A DNA stretch of 64,000 bases from Camelus dromedarius (taxonomy: Eukaryota): the NCBI RefSeq assembly GCF_036321535.1, contig NC_087436.1, forward strand, positions 1,488,001-1,552,000. The letters run 5' to 3'. Below, in pieces: positions 29,101 to 43,100 of the stretch (position 1 is the stretch's first letter; each line of letters begins with the position of its first letter). A program made the translations under genes and the position numbers. The notes beneath the pieces are model-generated. The model was not told where the DNA came from, searched no databases, and saw nothing but the letters and a program-made list of their open reading frames with translations.

Positions 29101-31150
29101 TGCAGGAGAAACTTTTTCTCTGGTTTCTCAGTCTGTTTCCTAGTGCCGATTTGAAGTTCCAGCAGTTTTCACTGTAAAACCGAGATGGTGGTTGTACCTC
29201 CTCATATATTTGTATGGAGTGGAGTTTGCAACTGAAAAGAAACTTTGTGTTCCTAACAAGCTAGGTGAAGGACGGCTTTCATACACACTTATCTCTCAGA
29301 ACTGAGCATGTGGAGTGACGTTCGTTCATGTAGCACAATTGGAACGGGTTGCAGGAGAATCTTTTTCTCTGGTTTCTCAGTCTGTTTCCTACTGCCGGTT
29401 TGATGTTCCTGCAGTTTTCACTGTAAAACCGAGTTGGAGCTCGTACCTCCCCATATATACGTATGGAGTAGAGTTTGTAAGTGAAAAGAAACTTTGTGTT
29501 CCCAACAAGCTAGGTGAAGAATGGCTTTCATACACACTTATCTCTGAGAACTGAGCATGTGGAGAGACGTTCGTTCATCTAGCACATAGGGAACTGTTTG
29601 AAGGGGAAACTTTTACTCTGGTTTCTCTGTCTGTTTCCTACTGCCGGTTTGAAGTTCCTGCAGTTTTCACTGTAAAACTGAGTTGAAGCTAGAACCGCCC
29701 AATATATATGTATGAATTGGAGTTTGCAACTGAAAAGAAACTATGTGTTCCCAACAAGCTATGTGAAGTTCGGCTTTCACACACACTTATCTCTCAGAAC
29801 TGAGCATGTGGAGAGACCTTCGTTCATCTAGCACAAAGGGAAAGGTTTGCAGGAGAAACTTTTACTCAGGTTTCTCAGTATGTTTCCTACTGCCGGTTTG
29901 AAGTTCTTGCAGGTTTCAGTGTAAAACCGAGTTTAAGCTAGTACCTCCCCATATATATGTATGGAGTGTGGTTTGCAACTGAAAAGAAACTTTGTGTTCC
30001 CATCAAGCTAGCTGAAGGCGGCTTTAACACACACTTATCTCTCAGAACAGAGCATGTGGAGAGACGTTTGTTCATCTAGCACAAAGGGAACGGGTTGCAG
30101 GAGAAACTTTTACTCTGGTTTCTCAGTCTGTTTCCTAGTGCCGGTTTGAACTTCCTGCAGTTTTCACTGTAAAACAGATCTGGAGCTAGTACATCCCCAT
30201 ATATATGTATTGATTGGAATTTGCAACTGAAAAGAATCTTTGTGTTCAGTACAAGCTAGGTTAAGGACGGCTTTCACACACACTTATCTCTCAGAACAGA
30301 GCATGTGGAGAGACGTTTGTTCATCTAGCACAAAGGGAACGGTTGCAGGAGAAACTTTTACTCTGGTTTCTCAGTCTGTTTCCTACTGCCGGTTTGAAGT
30401 TCCTGCGGTTTTCACTGTAAAACCGAGTTGGAGCTCGTACCTCCCCATATATATGTATGGATGGAGTTTGAAAGTAAATAGAAACTTTGTGTTCCCAACA
30501 AGCTAGGTGAAGGATGGCTTTCAAACACACTTATCTCTGAGAAATGAGCATGTGGAGAGACGTTCGTTCATTTAGCACAAAGGGAACTTGTTGAAGGAGA
30601 AACTTTTACTCTGGGTTCTCTGTCTGTTTCCTACTGCCGGTTTGAAGTTGCTGCAGTTTTCACTGTAAAACCGAGTTGGAGCTCGTACATCCCCATATAT
30701 ATGTATGGAGTGTAGTTTGCAACTGAAAAGAAACTTTGTGTTCCCAACAAGCTAAGTGAAGGACGGCTTTCACACACACTTATCTCTCAGAGCTGAGCAT
30801 GTGGAGAGACGTTCGTTCATCTAGCACAAAGGGAATGGGTTGCAGGAGAAACTTTTTCTCTGGTTTCTCAGTCTGTTTCCTAGTGCCGGTTTGAAGTTCC
30901 TGCAGTTTTCACTGTAAAACCGAGTTGGAGCTAGTACCTCCCCATATATATGTATGGATTGGAATTTGCAACTGAAAAGAAACTTTGTGTTCCCAACAAG
31001 CTAGGTGAACGACGGCTTTCACACACACTAATCTCTCAGAAATGAGCATGTGGAGAGACTTTCGTTCATCTAGCACAATGGGAACAGTTTGCAGGAGAAA
31101 CTTTTACTCTGGTTTCTCAGTCTGTTTCCTACTGCCGGTTTGAAGTTCCT
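17150..31150 (+). repeat. Mosaic domain of more diverged monomer runs with irregular periodicity
   Basis: A marker monomer (TGTATCCTAG-like, 1-bp-deleted GTAAACAGATT, TACATCCC) occurs at 18941, 20183, 22419, 26152 and 27891, i.e. spacings of 5, 9, 15 and 7 monomers. Confidence 0.7.
23092..23589 (+). repeat. Single-monomer tandem duplication (249 bp)
   Basis: Two adjacent monomers share rare variants GGAGTGACG, GGTGATACTTTTTCTC, TTTCTCCGTC, TTAAAGTT, GTTTACAC and AAAGAGACTT. Confidence 0.9.
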
Positions 31151-34100
31151 GCAGTTTTCACTGTAAATCCGAGTTGGTGATAGTACCTCCCCATATATAT
31201 GTATGGAGTGGAGTTTTCAACTGAAAAGAAACTTTGTATTCCCAAAAAGCTAGGTGAAGGACGGATTTCACACACAATTATCTCTCAGAACTGAGCATGT
31301 GGAGTGACGTTCGTTCATCTAGCACAAAGGGAAATGTTTGCAGGAGAAACTTTTACTCTGGTTTTTCAGTCTTTTTCCTACTGCCGGTTTGAAGTTCCTG
31401 CAGTTTTCACTGTAAAACCGATTTGGAGCTAGTACCTCCCCATATATATGTATGGAGTGGAGTTTGCAAGTGAAAAGAAACATTGTGTTCCCAACAAGCT
31501 AAGGGAAGGACGGCTTTCACACACACTTATCTCTCAGAACAGAGCATGTGGAGAGACGTTTGTTCATCTAGCACAAAGGGAACGGGTTGCAGGAGAAACT
31601 TTTACTCTGGTTTCTCAGTCTGTCTCCTAGTGCCGGTTTGAAGTTCCTGCAGGTTTCACAGTAAAACCGAGTTGGAGCTAGTACTTCCCCATATATATGT
31701 ATGGATTGGGGTTTGCAACAGAAAAGAAACATTGTGTTCCCAACAAGCTAGTTGAAGGCGGCTTTCACACACACTTATCTCTCAGAACTGAGCATGTGGA
31801 GAGACGTTCATTCATCTAGCACAAAGGGAACGGGTTGCAGGAGAAACTTTTACTGTGGTTTCTCAGTCTGTTTCCTAGTGCCGGTTTGAACTTCCTGCAT
31901 TTTTACCTGTAAAACAGATTTGGAGCTGTCCTTCCCCATATATATATATGGAGTGGAATTTGCAACTGAAAAGAAACTTTGTGTTCAGTACAAGCTAGGT
32001 GAAGGACGGCTATCACACACACAAATCTCTCAGAACTGAGCATGTGGAGAGACTTTCGTTCATCTAGCACAAAGGGAACGGGTTGTAGGAGAAACTTTTA
32101 CTCTGGTATATCAGTGTGTTTCCTACTGCCGGTTTGAGTTCCTGCAGTGTTCAATGTAAAACCGAGTTGGAGCTCGTACCTCCCCATATATATGTATGGA
32201 ATGGAGTTTGCAAGTGAAAAGATACTTTGTTTTCCCAACAAGCTTGGTGAAGGATGGCTTTCACACTCACCTAACTCTCAGAACTGAGCATGAGGAGAGA
32301 CGTTCGTTCATCTAGCACAAAGGGAACGGGTTGCAGGAGAAACTTTTACTCTGGTTTCTCAGTGTGTTTCCTACAGCCGGTTTGAAGTTCCTGCAATTTT
32401 CACTGTAAAACAGAGTTATAGCTAGTACCTCCCCATATATATGTATGGATTGGAGTTTGCAACTGAAAGAAACTTTGTGATCCGAACAAGCTAGGTGTAG
32501 GACGGCTTTCACACACACTTATCTGTCAGAACTGAGCATGTGGAGAGACGTTCGTTCATCTAGCACAAAGGGAACGGGTTGCAGGAGAAACTTTTACTCT
32601 GGTTTCTCATTCTGTTCCCTAGTGCCGGTTTGAACTTCCTTCAGGTTTACCTGTAAAACATATTTTGAACTGTACCTACGCATATATATGTATGGAGTGG
32701 AATTTGCAACTGAAAAGAAACTTTGTGTTCAGTACAAGCTAGTTTAAGGGAGGCAATCACACACACAAATCTCTCAGAACTGAGCATGTGGAGAGACTTT
32801 CGTTCATCTAGCACAAAGGGAAAGGGTTGCAGGAGAAACTTTTACTGTGGTATCTCAGTGTGTTTCCTACTGCCGGTTTGAAGTTCCTGCAGATTTCACT
32901 GTAAAACCGAGTTGGAGCTAGTACCTACCCATATATATGTATGGAGTGGAGTTTGCAAATGAAAAGAAACTTTGTGTTCCCAACAAGCTAGGTGAAGGCG
33001 GCTTTCACACACACTTATCTCTCAGAAATGAGCATGTGGAGAGACGTTCGTTCGTCTAGCACAAAGGGAACGTGTTGCAAGAGAAACTTTTACTTTGGTT
33101 TCTCAGTCTGTTTCCTATTACCGGTTTGAATTTCCTGCAGTTTTCACTGTAAAACCGATTTCTAGCTTGTACCACCCCATATATATTTATGGAGTGGATT
33201 TTGCAACTGAAAAGAAACTTTGTGTTCAGTACAAGCCAGGTGAAGGACGGCTTTCACACACAATTATCTTTCAGAACTTAGCATGTGGAGAGACGTTCAT
33301 TCATCTAGCAGAAAGGGAAAGGGTTGCAGGAGAAACTTTTACTCTGGTTTCTCAGTCTGTTTCCTACTGCCGGTTTGAAGTTCCTGCAGTTTTCACTGTA
33401 AAACCGATTTGGAACTCGTACCACCCCATATATATGTATGGACTGGAATTTGCAAGTGAAAAGAATCTTTGTGTTCCCAACAAGCTAGGTGAAAGATGGC
33501 TTTCACACACAATTATCTCTGAGAACTGAGCATGTGGAGAGACGTTCATTCATCTAACAGAAAGGGAAAGTGTTGCAGGAGAAACTTTTACTCTGGTTTC
33601 TCAGTCTGTTTCCTACAGCCGGTTTGAAGTTCCTGCAGTTTTCACTGTAAAAGAGAGTTGAAGCTAGAACCTCCCCATATATATGTATGGAGTGGAGTTT
33701 GCAACTGAAAAGAAACTTTGTGTTCCCAACTAGCTATGTGAAGGACGGCTTTCACACACACTTATCTCTCAGAACTGAGCATGTGGAGAGACGTTCGATC
33801 ATCTAGCACAAATGGAACGGGTTGCAGGATAAACTTTTACTCTGGTTTCTCAGTCTGTTTCCTACTGCCTGTTTGAAGTTCCTGCAGTTTTCACTGTAAA
33901 ACCGAGTTGGAGCTAGTACCTACCCATATATATGTATGGAGTGGAGTTTGCAACTGAAAAGAGACTTTGTGTTCCCAACAAGCTAGTTGAAGGACGGCTT
34001 TCACACACACTTATCTCTCACAACTGAGCATGTGGAGATACGTTCGTTCATCTAGCACAAAGGGAAAGGGTTGCAGGAGTAACTTTTACTCTGGTTTCTC

Positions 34101-37100
34101 AGTCTGTTTCCTACTGCCGGTTTGAAGTTCTTGCAGTTTTCACTGTAAAACCGAGTTGGAGCTAGTACCTCCCCATATATATGTATGGAGTGGAATTTGC
34201 AACTGAAAAGAAACTTTGTGTTCAGTACAAGCTAGGTGAAGGACGGCTTTCACACACACTTATCTCTCAGATTTGAGCATGTGGAGAGACGTTCGTTCAT
34301 CTAGCACAAATGGAATGGGTTGCAGCTGAAATTTTTACTCAGGATTCTCAGTCTGTTTCCTAGTGCCGGTTTGATGTTCCTGCATTTTTCACTGTAAAAC
34401 AGAGTTGGAGCTATTACCTCCCCATATATATGTATGGAGTGGAGTTTGCAACTGAAAAGATACTTTGTGTTCAGAAAAATCTAGGTGAAGTAAGGCTTTC
34501 ACACGCATTTATCTCTGAGAACTGAGCATGTGGAGAGACGTACGTTCATCTAGCATAAAGTGAAAGGGTTGGAGGTGAAACTTTTTCTCTGATTTCTCAG
34601 TCTGTTTCCTAGTGCCGGTTTGAAGTTCTAGCAGTTTTCACTGTAAATCCGAGTTGGTGATAGTACCTCCCCATATATATGTATGGAGTGGAGTTTGCAA
34701 CTGAAAAGAAACTTTGTATTCCCAACAAGCTAGGTGAAGGACGGATTTCACACACAATTATCTCTCAGAACTGAGCATGTGGAGTGACGTTCGTTCATCT
34801 AGCACAAAGGGAAATGTTTGCAGGAGAAACTTTTACTCTGGTTTCTCAGTCTGTTTCCTACTGCCGGTTTGAAGTTCCTGCAGTTTTCAATGTAAAACCG
34901 ATTTGGAGCTAGTACCTCCCCATATATATGTATGGAGTGGAGTTTGCAAGTGAAAAGAAACATTGTGTTCCCAACAAGCTAAGGGAAGTACGGCTTTCAC
35001 ACACACTTATCTCTCAGAACTGAGCATGTGGAGAGACGTTCGTTCATCTAGCACAAAGGGAAAGGGTTACAGGAGAAACTTTTACTCTGGTTTCTCAGTC
35101 TGTTTCCTAGTGCCGGTTTGAATTTCCAGCAGTTTTTAGGGTAAAACCGAGTTGGAGCATGTATTTCCCCATATATATGTATGGAGTGTAGTTAGCAACT
35201 GAAAAGTAACTTTGTGTTCCCAAAAAGCTAGGTGAAGGACGGCTTTCACTCACACTTATCTCTCAGACCTGAGCATGTGGAGAGACGTTCGTTCATCTAG
35301 CACAAAGGGAACGTGTTGCAGGAGAAACTTTTAGTCTGGTATTTCAGTTGTTTCCTAGTACCGGTTTGAAGTTCCTGCAGTTTTCACTGTAAAACCGAGT
35401 TGGAGCTAGTACCTCCCCATATATATATATGGATTGGAGATTGCATCTGAAAAGAAACTTTGTGTTCAGAACAAGCTAGGTGAAGGGCGGCATTCACACA
35501 CACTTATCTCTCAGAACTGAGCATGTGGAGAGACTTTCGTACATCTAGCACAAAAGGAACGGGTTGCAGGAGTAACTTTTACTCTGGTTTCTCAGTCTGT
35601 TTCCTAGTGCCGGTTTGAAGTTCCAGCAGTTTTCACTGTAAAACAGAGTTGGTGCTAGTACCTCCCCATATATATGTATGGAGTGGAGTTTGCAACTGAA
35701 AAGAAACTTTGTGTTCCCAACAAGCTAGTTTAAGGACGGCTTTCACACACACTTATATCTGAGAACTGAGCATGTGTAGAGATGTTCGTTCATCTAGCAA
35801 AAAGGGAACGGTTTGCAGGAGAAACTTTTACTCTGGTATCTCAGTCTGTTTCCTAGTGCCGGTTTGAAGTTCCTGCATTTTTCAGTGTAAAACCGATTTT
35901 GAGCTAGTACCTCCCCATAAATATATATGGATTGGGGTTTGCAAGTGAAAAGAAACTTTGTCTTCCCAACAAGCTAAGTGAAGGACGGCTTTCACACACA
36001 CTTATCTGTCAGAACTGAGCATGTGGAGAGACGTTCGTTCATCTACCACAATAGGAACGATTTGCAGAAGAAACTTTTACTGTGGTTTCTCAGTCTATTT
36101 CCTAGTGCTGGTTTGAAGTTCCTACAGTTTTCACTGTAAAAGCGAGTTGGAGCTAGTACCTACCCATATATATGTATGGATTGGGGTTTGCAACTGAAAA
36201 GAATCTTTGTGTTCCCAACCAGCTAGGTGAAGGAAGGATTTCACACACACTTATATCTCAGAACTGAGCATGTGGAGAGACGTTCGTTCATCTAGCACAA
36301 AGGGAAAGGGTTGCACGAGAAAATTTACTCTGGTTTCTCAGTCTGTTTCCTACTGCCGATTTGAACTTCCTGCACTTTTCACTGTAAAACAGAGTTGGAG
36401 CTCGTACCTACCCATATATATGTATGGAGTGGAGTTTGCAAGTGAAAAGAAACTTTGTGTTCCCAACAAGCTAGGTGAAGGATGGCTTTCACACACACTT
36501 ATCTCTCAGATCTGAGCATGTGGAGAGACGTTCGTTCATCTAGCACAAAGGGAATGGGTTGCAGGAGAAACATTTACTCTGGTTTCTCAGTCTGTTTCCT
36601 ACTGCCTGTTTGAAGTTCCTGCAGTTTTCACTGTAAAACAGAGTTGGAGCTGGTACCTACCCATATATATGTATGGATTGGAGTTTGCAACTGAAAAGAA
36701 ACTTTGTGTTCCCAGCAAGCTAGGTGAAGGACGGCTTTCACACACACTTATCCCTCAGAACTGAGCATGTGGAGAGACGTTCGTTCATCTAGCACAAAAG
36801 GAACGGGTTGCAGGAGAAACTTTTACTGTGGTTTCTCAGTCTGTTTCCTAGTGCCGGTTTGAACTTCCTGCAGTTTTACCTGTAAAACAGATTTGGAGCT
36901 GCCTTCCCCATATATATGTATGGAGTGGAATTTGCAACTGAAAAGAAACTTTGTGTTAAGTACAAGCTAGGTGAAGGACGGCTATCACACAAACAAATCT
37001 CTCAGAACTGAGCATGTGGAGAGACTTTCGTTCATCTAGCACAAAGGGAACGGGTTGTAGGAGAAACTTATACTCTGGTATCTCAGTGTGTTTCCTACTG

Positions 37101-40100
37101 CCGGTTTGAGTTCCTGCAGTGTTCAATGTAAAACCGAGTTGGAGCTCGTACCTCCCCATATATATGTATGGAATGGAGTTTGCAACTGAAAAGATACTTT
37201 GTTTTCCCAACAAGCTTGTTGAAGTATGGCTTTCACACTCACCTACCTCTGAGAACTGAGCATGAGGAGAGACGCTCGTTCATCTAGCACAAAGTGAACG
37301 GGTTGCAGGAGAAACTTTTCCTCTGGTTTCTCAGTGTGTTTCCTACAGCCGGTTTGAAGTTCCTGCAGTTTTCACTGTAAAACAGAGTTATAGCTAGTAC
37401 CTCCCCATATATATGTATGGAGTGGAGTTAGCAACTGAAAATAAACTTTGTGTTCCCATCAAGCTAGGTGTAGGACGGCTTTCACACACACTTATCTCTC
37501 AGAACTGAGCATGTGGAGAGACGTTCGTTCATCTAGCACAAAGGGAATGGATTGCAGGTGAAAATCATACTCTTGTTTCTCAGACTGTTTCCTACTGCCG
37601 GTTTGAAGTTCCTGCAGTTTTCACTGTAAAACCGAGTTGGAGCTAGTACCTCCCCATATATATGTATGGAGTGGAGTTAGCAACTGAAAATAAACTTTGT
37701 GTTCCCATCAAGCTAGGTGAAGGACGGCTTTCACACACACTTATCTCTCAGAAATGAGCATGTGGAGAGACATTCGTTCATCTAGCACAAAGGGTACGTG
37801 TTGCAGGTGAAAACTTTCTCTGGTTTCTCAGTCTGTTTCCTAGTGCCGGTTTGAAGTTCCTGCAGGTTTCACTGTAAAACCGAGTTGGAGCTAGTACCTC
37901 CCCATATATATGTATGGATTGGTGTTTGCAACTGAAAAGAAACATTGTGTACCCAACAAGCTAGTTGAAGGCGGCTTTCACACACACTTATCTGTCAGAA
38001 CTGAGCATGTGGAGAGACGTTCGTTCATCTAGCACAAAGGGAACGGGTTGCAGGAGAAACTATTTCTCTGGTTTCTCAGTCTGTTCCCTAGTGCCGGTAT
38101 GAACTTCCTTCAGGTTTACCTGTAAAACATATTTGGAACTGTACCTACGCATATATATGTATGGAGTGGAATTTGCAACTGAAAATAAACTTTGTGTTCA
38201 GTACAAGCTAGTTTAAGGGAGGCAATCACACACACAAATCTCTCAGAACTGAGCATGTGGAGAGACTTTCGTTCATCTAGCACAAAGGGAAAGGGTTGCA
38301 GGAGAAACTTTTACTGTGGTATCTCAGTGTGTTTCCTACTGCCGGTTTGAAGTTCCTGCAGATTTCACTGTAAAACCGAGTTGGAGCTCGTACCTCCCCA
38401 TATATATGTATGGAGTGGAATTTGAAACTGAAAAGAAACTTTGTGTTCCCAACAAGCTAGGTGAAGGCGGCTTTCACACACACTTATCTCTCAGAACTGA
38501 GCATGTGGAGAGACTTTGGTTCATCTAGCACAAAGGGAAAGGGTTGCAGGAGAAACTTTTACTGTGGTATCTCAGTGTGTTTCCTACTGCCGGTTTGAAG
38601 TTCCTGCAGATTTCACTGTAAAACCGAGTTGGAGCTAGTACCTACCCATATATATGTATGGAGTGGAGTTTGCAAATGAAAAGAAACTTTGTGATCCCAA
38701 CAAGCTAGGTGAAGGCGGCTTTCACACACACTTATCTCTCAGAACTGAGCATGTGGAGAGACGTTCGTTCATCTAGCACAAAGGGAACGTGTTGCAAGGG
38801 AAACTTTTACTTTGGTTTCTCAGTCTGTTTCCTATTACCGGTTTGAATTTCCTGCAGTTTTCACTGTAAAACCGATTTCTAGCTTGTACCACCCCATATA
38901 TATTTATGGAGTGGATTTTGCAACTGAAAAGAAACTTTGTGTTCAGTACAAGCCAGGTGAAGGACGGCTTTCACACACAATTATCTTTCAGAACTTAGCA
39001 TGTGGAGAGACGTTCATTCATCTAGCAGAAAGGGAAGGGTTGCAGGAGAAACTTTTAATCTGGTTTCTCAGTCTGTTTCCTACTGCCGGTTTGAAGTTCC
39101 TGCAGTTTTCACTGTAAAACCGATTTGGAACTCGTACCTCCCCATATATATGTATGGACTGGAATTTGCAAGTGAAAAGAAACTTTGTGTTCCCAACAAG
39201 CTAGGTGAAAGATGGCTTTCACACACAATTATCTCTGAGAACTGAGCATGTGGAGAGACGTTCATTCATCTAACATAAAGGGAAAGGGTTGCAGGAGAAA
39301 CTTTTACTCTGGTTTCTCAGTCTATTTCCTACAGCCGGATTGAAGTTACTGCAGTTTTCACTGTAAAAGAGAGTTGAAGCTAGAACCTCCCCATATATAT
39401 GTATGGAGTGGAGTTTGCAACTGAAAAGAAACTTTGTGTTCCCAACTAGCTATGAGAAGGACGGCTTTCACACACACTTATCTCTCAGAACTGAGCATGT
39501 GGAGAGACGTTCGTTCATCTAGCACAAAGGAAAGGGTTGCACGAGAAACTTTTACTCTGGTTTCTCAGTCTGTTTCCTACTGCCGGTTTGAAGTTCCTGC
39601 ACTTTTCACTGTAAAACAGAGTTGGAGCTCGTACCTACCCATATATATGTATGGAGTGGAGTTTGCAAGTGAAAAGAAACTTTCTGTTCCCAAAAAGCTA
39701 GGTGAAGGATGGCTTTCACACACACTTATCTCTCAGATCTGAGCATGTGGAGAGACGTTCGTTCATCTAGCACAAAGGGAATGGGTTGCAGGAGAAACAT
39801 TTACTCTGGTTTCTCAGTCTGTTTCCTACTGCCTGTTTGAAGTTCCTGCAGTTTTCACTGTAAAAGAGAGTTGGAGCTGGTACCTCCCCATATATATGTA
39901 TGGATTGGAGTTTGTAACTGAAAAGAAACTTTGTGTTCCCAGCAAGCTAGGTGAAGGACGGCTTTCACACACACTTATCCCTCAGAACTGAGCATGTGGA
40001 GAGACGTTCGTTCATCTAGCACAAAGGGAACGGGTTGCAGGTGAAAATTTTACTCTGGTTTCTCAGACAGTTTCCTACTGCCGGTTTGAAGTTCCTGCAG

Positions 40101-43100
40101 TTTTCACTGTAAAACCGAGTTGGAGCTAGTACCTCCCCATATATATATATGGATTGGAGTTCTCAACTGAAAAGACTTTGTGTTCCCAACAAGCTAGTTG
40201 AAGGATGGCTTTCACACACATTAATCTCTCAGAACTGAGCTTGTGGAGAGACGTTCGTTCATCTAGCACAAAAGGAACGGTTTGCAGGAGAAACTTTTAG
40301 TCTGGTTTCTCAGTCTGTCTCCTAGTGCCGGTTTGAAGTTCCTGCAGGTTTCACTGTAAAACCGAGTTGGAGCTAGTACTTCCCCATATATATGTATGGA
40401 TTGGGGTTTGCAACAGAAAAGAAACATTGTGTTCCCAACAAGCTAGTTGAAGGCGGCTTTCACACACACTTATCTCTCAGAACTGAGCATGTGGAGAGAC
40501 GTTCTTTCATCTAGCACAAAGGGAACGGGTTGCAGGAGAAACTTTTACTGTGGTTTCTCAGTCTGTTTCCTAGTGCCGGTTTGAACTTCATGCAGTTTTA
40601 CCTGTAAAACAGATTTGGAGCTGTCCTTCCCCATATATATGTATGGAGTGGAATTTGCAACTGAAAAGAAACTTTGTGTTCAGTACAAGCTAGGTGAAGG
40701 ACGGCTATCACACACACAAATCTCTCAGAACTGAGCATGTGGAGAGACTTTCGTTCATCTAGCACAAAGGGAACGGGATGTAGGAGAAACTTTTACTCTG
40801 GTATCTCAGTGTGTTTCCTACTGCCGGTTTGAGTTCCTGCAGTGTTCAATGTAAAACCGAGTTGGAGCTCGTACCTCCCCATATATATGTATGGAATGGA
40901 GTTTGCAAGTGAAAAGATACTTTGTTTTCCCAACAAGCTTGGTGAAGGATGGCTTTCACACTCACCTACCTCTCAGAACTGAGCATGAGGAGAGACGTTC
41001 TTTCATCTAGCACAAAGGGAACGGGTTGCAGGAGAAAATTTTACTCTGGTTTCTCAGTGTGTTTCCTACAGCCGGTTTGAAGTTCCTGCAGTTTTCACTG
41101 TAAAACAGAGTTATAGCTAGTACCTCCCCATATATATGTATGGATTGGAGTTTGCAACTGAAAGAAACTTTGTGATCCGAACAAGCTAGGTGTAGGACGG
41201 CTTTCACACACACTTATCTGTCAGAACTGAGCATGTGGAGAGACGTTCGTTCATCTAGCACAAAGGGAACGGGTTGCAGGAGAAACTTTAACTCTGGTTT
41301 CTCATTCTGTTCCCTAGTGCCGGTTTGAACTTCCTTCAGGTTTACCTGTAAATCATATTTGGAACTGTACCTACGCATATATATGTATGGAGTGGAATTT
41401 GCAACTGAAAATAAACTTTGTGTTCAGTACAAGCTAGTTTAAGGGAGGCAATCACACACACAAATCTCTCAGAACTGAGCATGTGGAGAGACTTTCGTTC
41501 ATCTAGCACAAAGGGAAAGGGTTGCAGGAAAAACTTTTACTGTGGTATCTCAGTGTGTTTCCTACTGCCGGTTTGAAGTTCCTGCAGATTTCACTGTAAA
41601 ACCGAGTTGGGGCTCGTACCTCCCCATATATATGTATGGAGTGGAGTTTGAAACTGAAAAGAAACTTTGTGTTCCCAACAAGCTGGGTGAAGGCGGCTTT
41701 CACACACACTTATCTCTCAGAACTGAGCATGTGGAGAGACTTTGGTTCATCTAGCACAAAGGGAAAGGGTTGCAGGAGAAACTTTTACTGTGGTATCTCA
41801 GTGTGTTTCCTACTGCCGGTTTGAAGTTCCTGCAGATTTCACTGTAAAACCGAGTTGGAGCTAGTACCTACCCATATATATGTATGGAGTGGAGTTTGCA
41901 AATGAAAAGAAACTTTGTGTTCCCAACAAGCTAGGTGAAGGCGGCTTTCACACACACTTATATCTCAGAACTGAGCATGTGGAGAGACGTTCGTTCATCT
42001 AGCACAAATGGAACGTGTTGCAAGAGAAACTTTTACTTTGGTTTCTCAGTCTGTTTCCTATTACCGGTTTGAATTTCCTGCAGTTTTCACTATAAAACAG
42101 ATTTCTAGCTTGTACCACCCCATATATATTTATGGAGTGGATTTTGCAACTGAAAAGAAACTTTGTGTTCAGTACAAGCAAGGTGAAGGACGGCTTTCAC
42201 ACACAATTATCTTTCAGAACTTAGCATGTGGAGAGACGTTCATTCATCTAGCAGAAAGGGAAAGGGTTGCAGGAGAAACTTTTACTCTGGTTTCTCAGTC
42301 TGTTTCCTACTGCCGGTTTGAAGTTCCTGCAGTTTTCACTGTAAAAGAGATTTGAAGTTAGAACCTCCCCATATATATGTATGGAGTGGAGTTTGCAACT
42401 GAAAAGAAACTTTGTGTTCCCAACTAGCTATGTGAAGGACGGCTTTCACACACACTTATCTCTCAGAACTGAGCATGTGGAGAGACGTTCGTTCATCTAG
42501 CACAAAGGGAACGGGTTGCAGGGGAAACTTTTACTCTGGTTTTTCAGGCTTTTTCCTAGTGCCGGTTTGAAGTTCCTGCAGTTTTCACTGTAAAAGCGAG
42601 TTGGAGTTAGTAACTCCCCATATATATGTATGGATTGGACTTTGCAACTGAAAAGAATCTTTGTGTTCCCAACAAGCTAGTTGAAGGACGGCTTTCACAC
42701 ACACTTATCTCTCAGAACTGAGCATGTGGAGAGACGTTCGATCATCTAGCACAAATGGAACGGATTGCAGGATAAACTTTTACTCTGGTTTCTCAGTCTG
42801 TTTCCTACTGCCTGTTTGAATTTCCTGCAGTTTTCACTGTAAAACCGAGTTGGAGCTAGTACCTACCCATATATATGTATGGAGTGGAGTTTGCAACTGA
42901 AAAGAGACTTTGTGTTCCCAACAAGCTAGTTGAAGGACGGCTTTCACACACACTTATCTCTCACAACTGAGCATGTGGAGATACGTTCGTTCATCTAGCA
43001 CAAAGGGAAAGGGTTGCAGGAGTAACTTTTACTCTGGTTTCTCAGTCTGTTTCCTACTGCCGGTTTGAAGTTCTTGCAGTTTTCACTGTAAAACCGAGTT

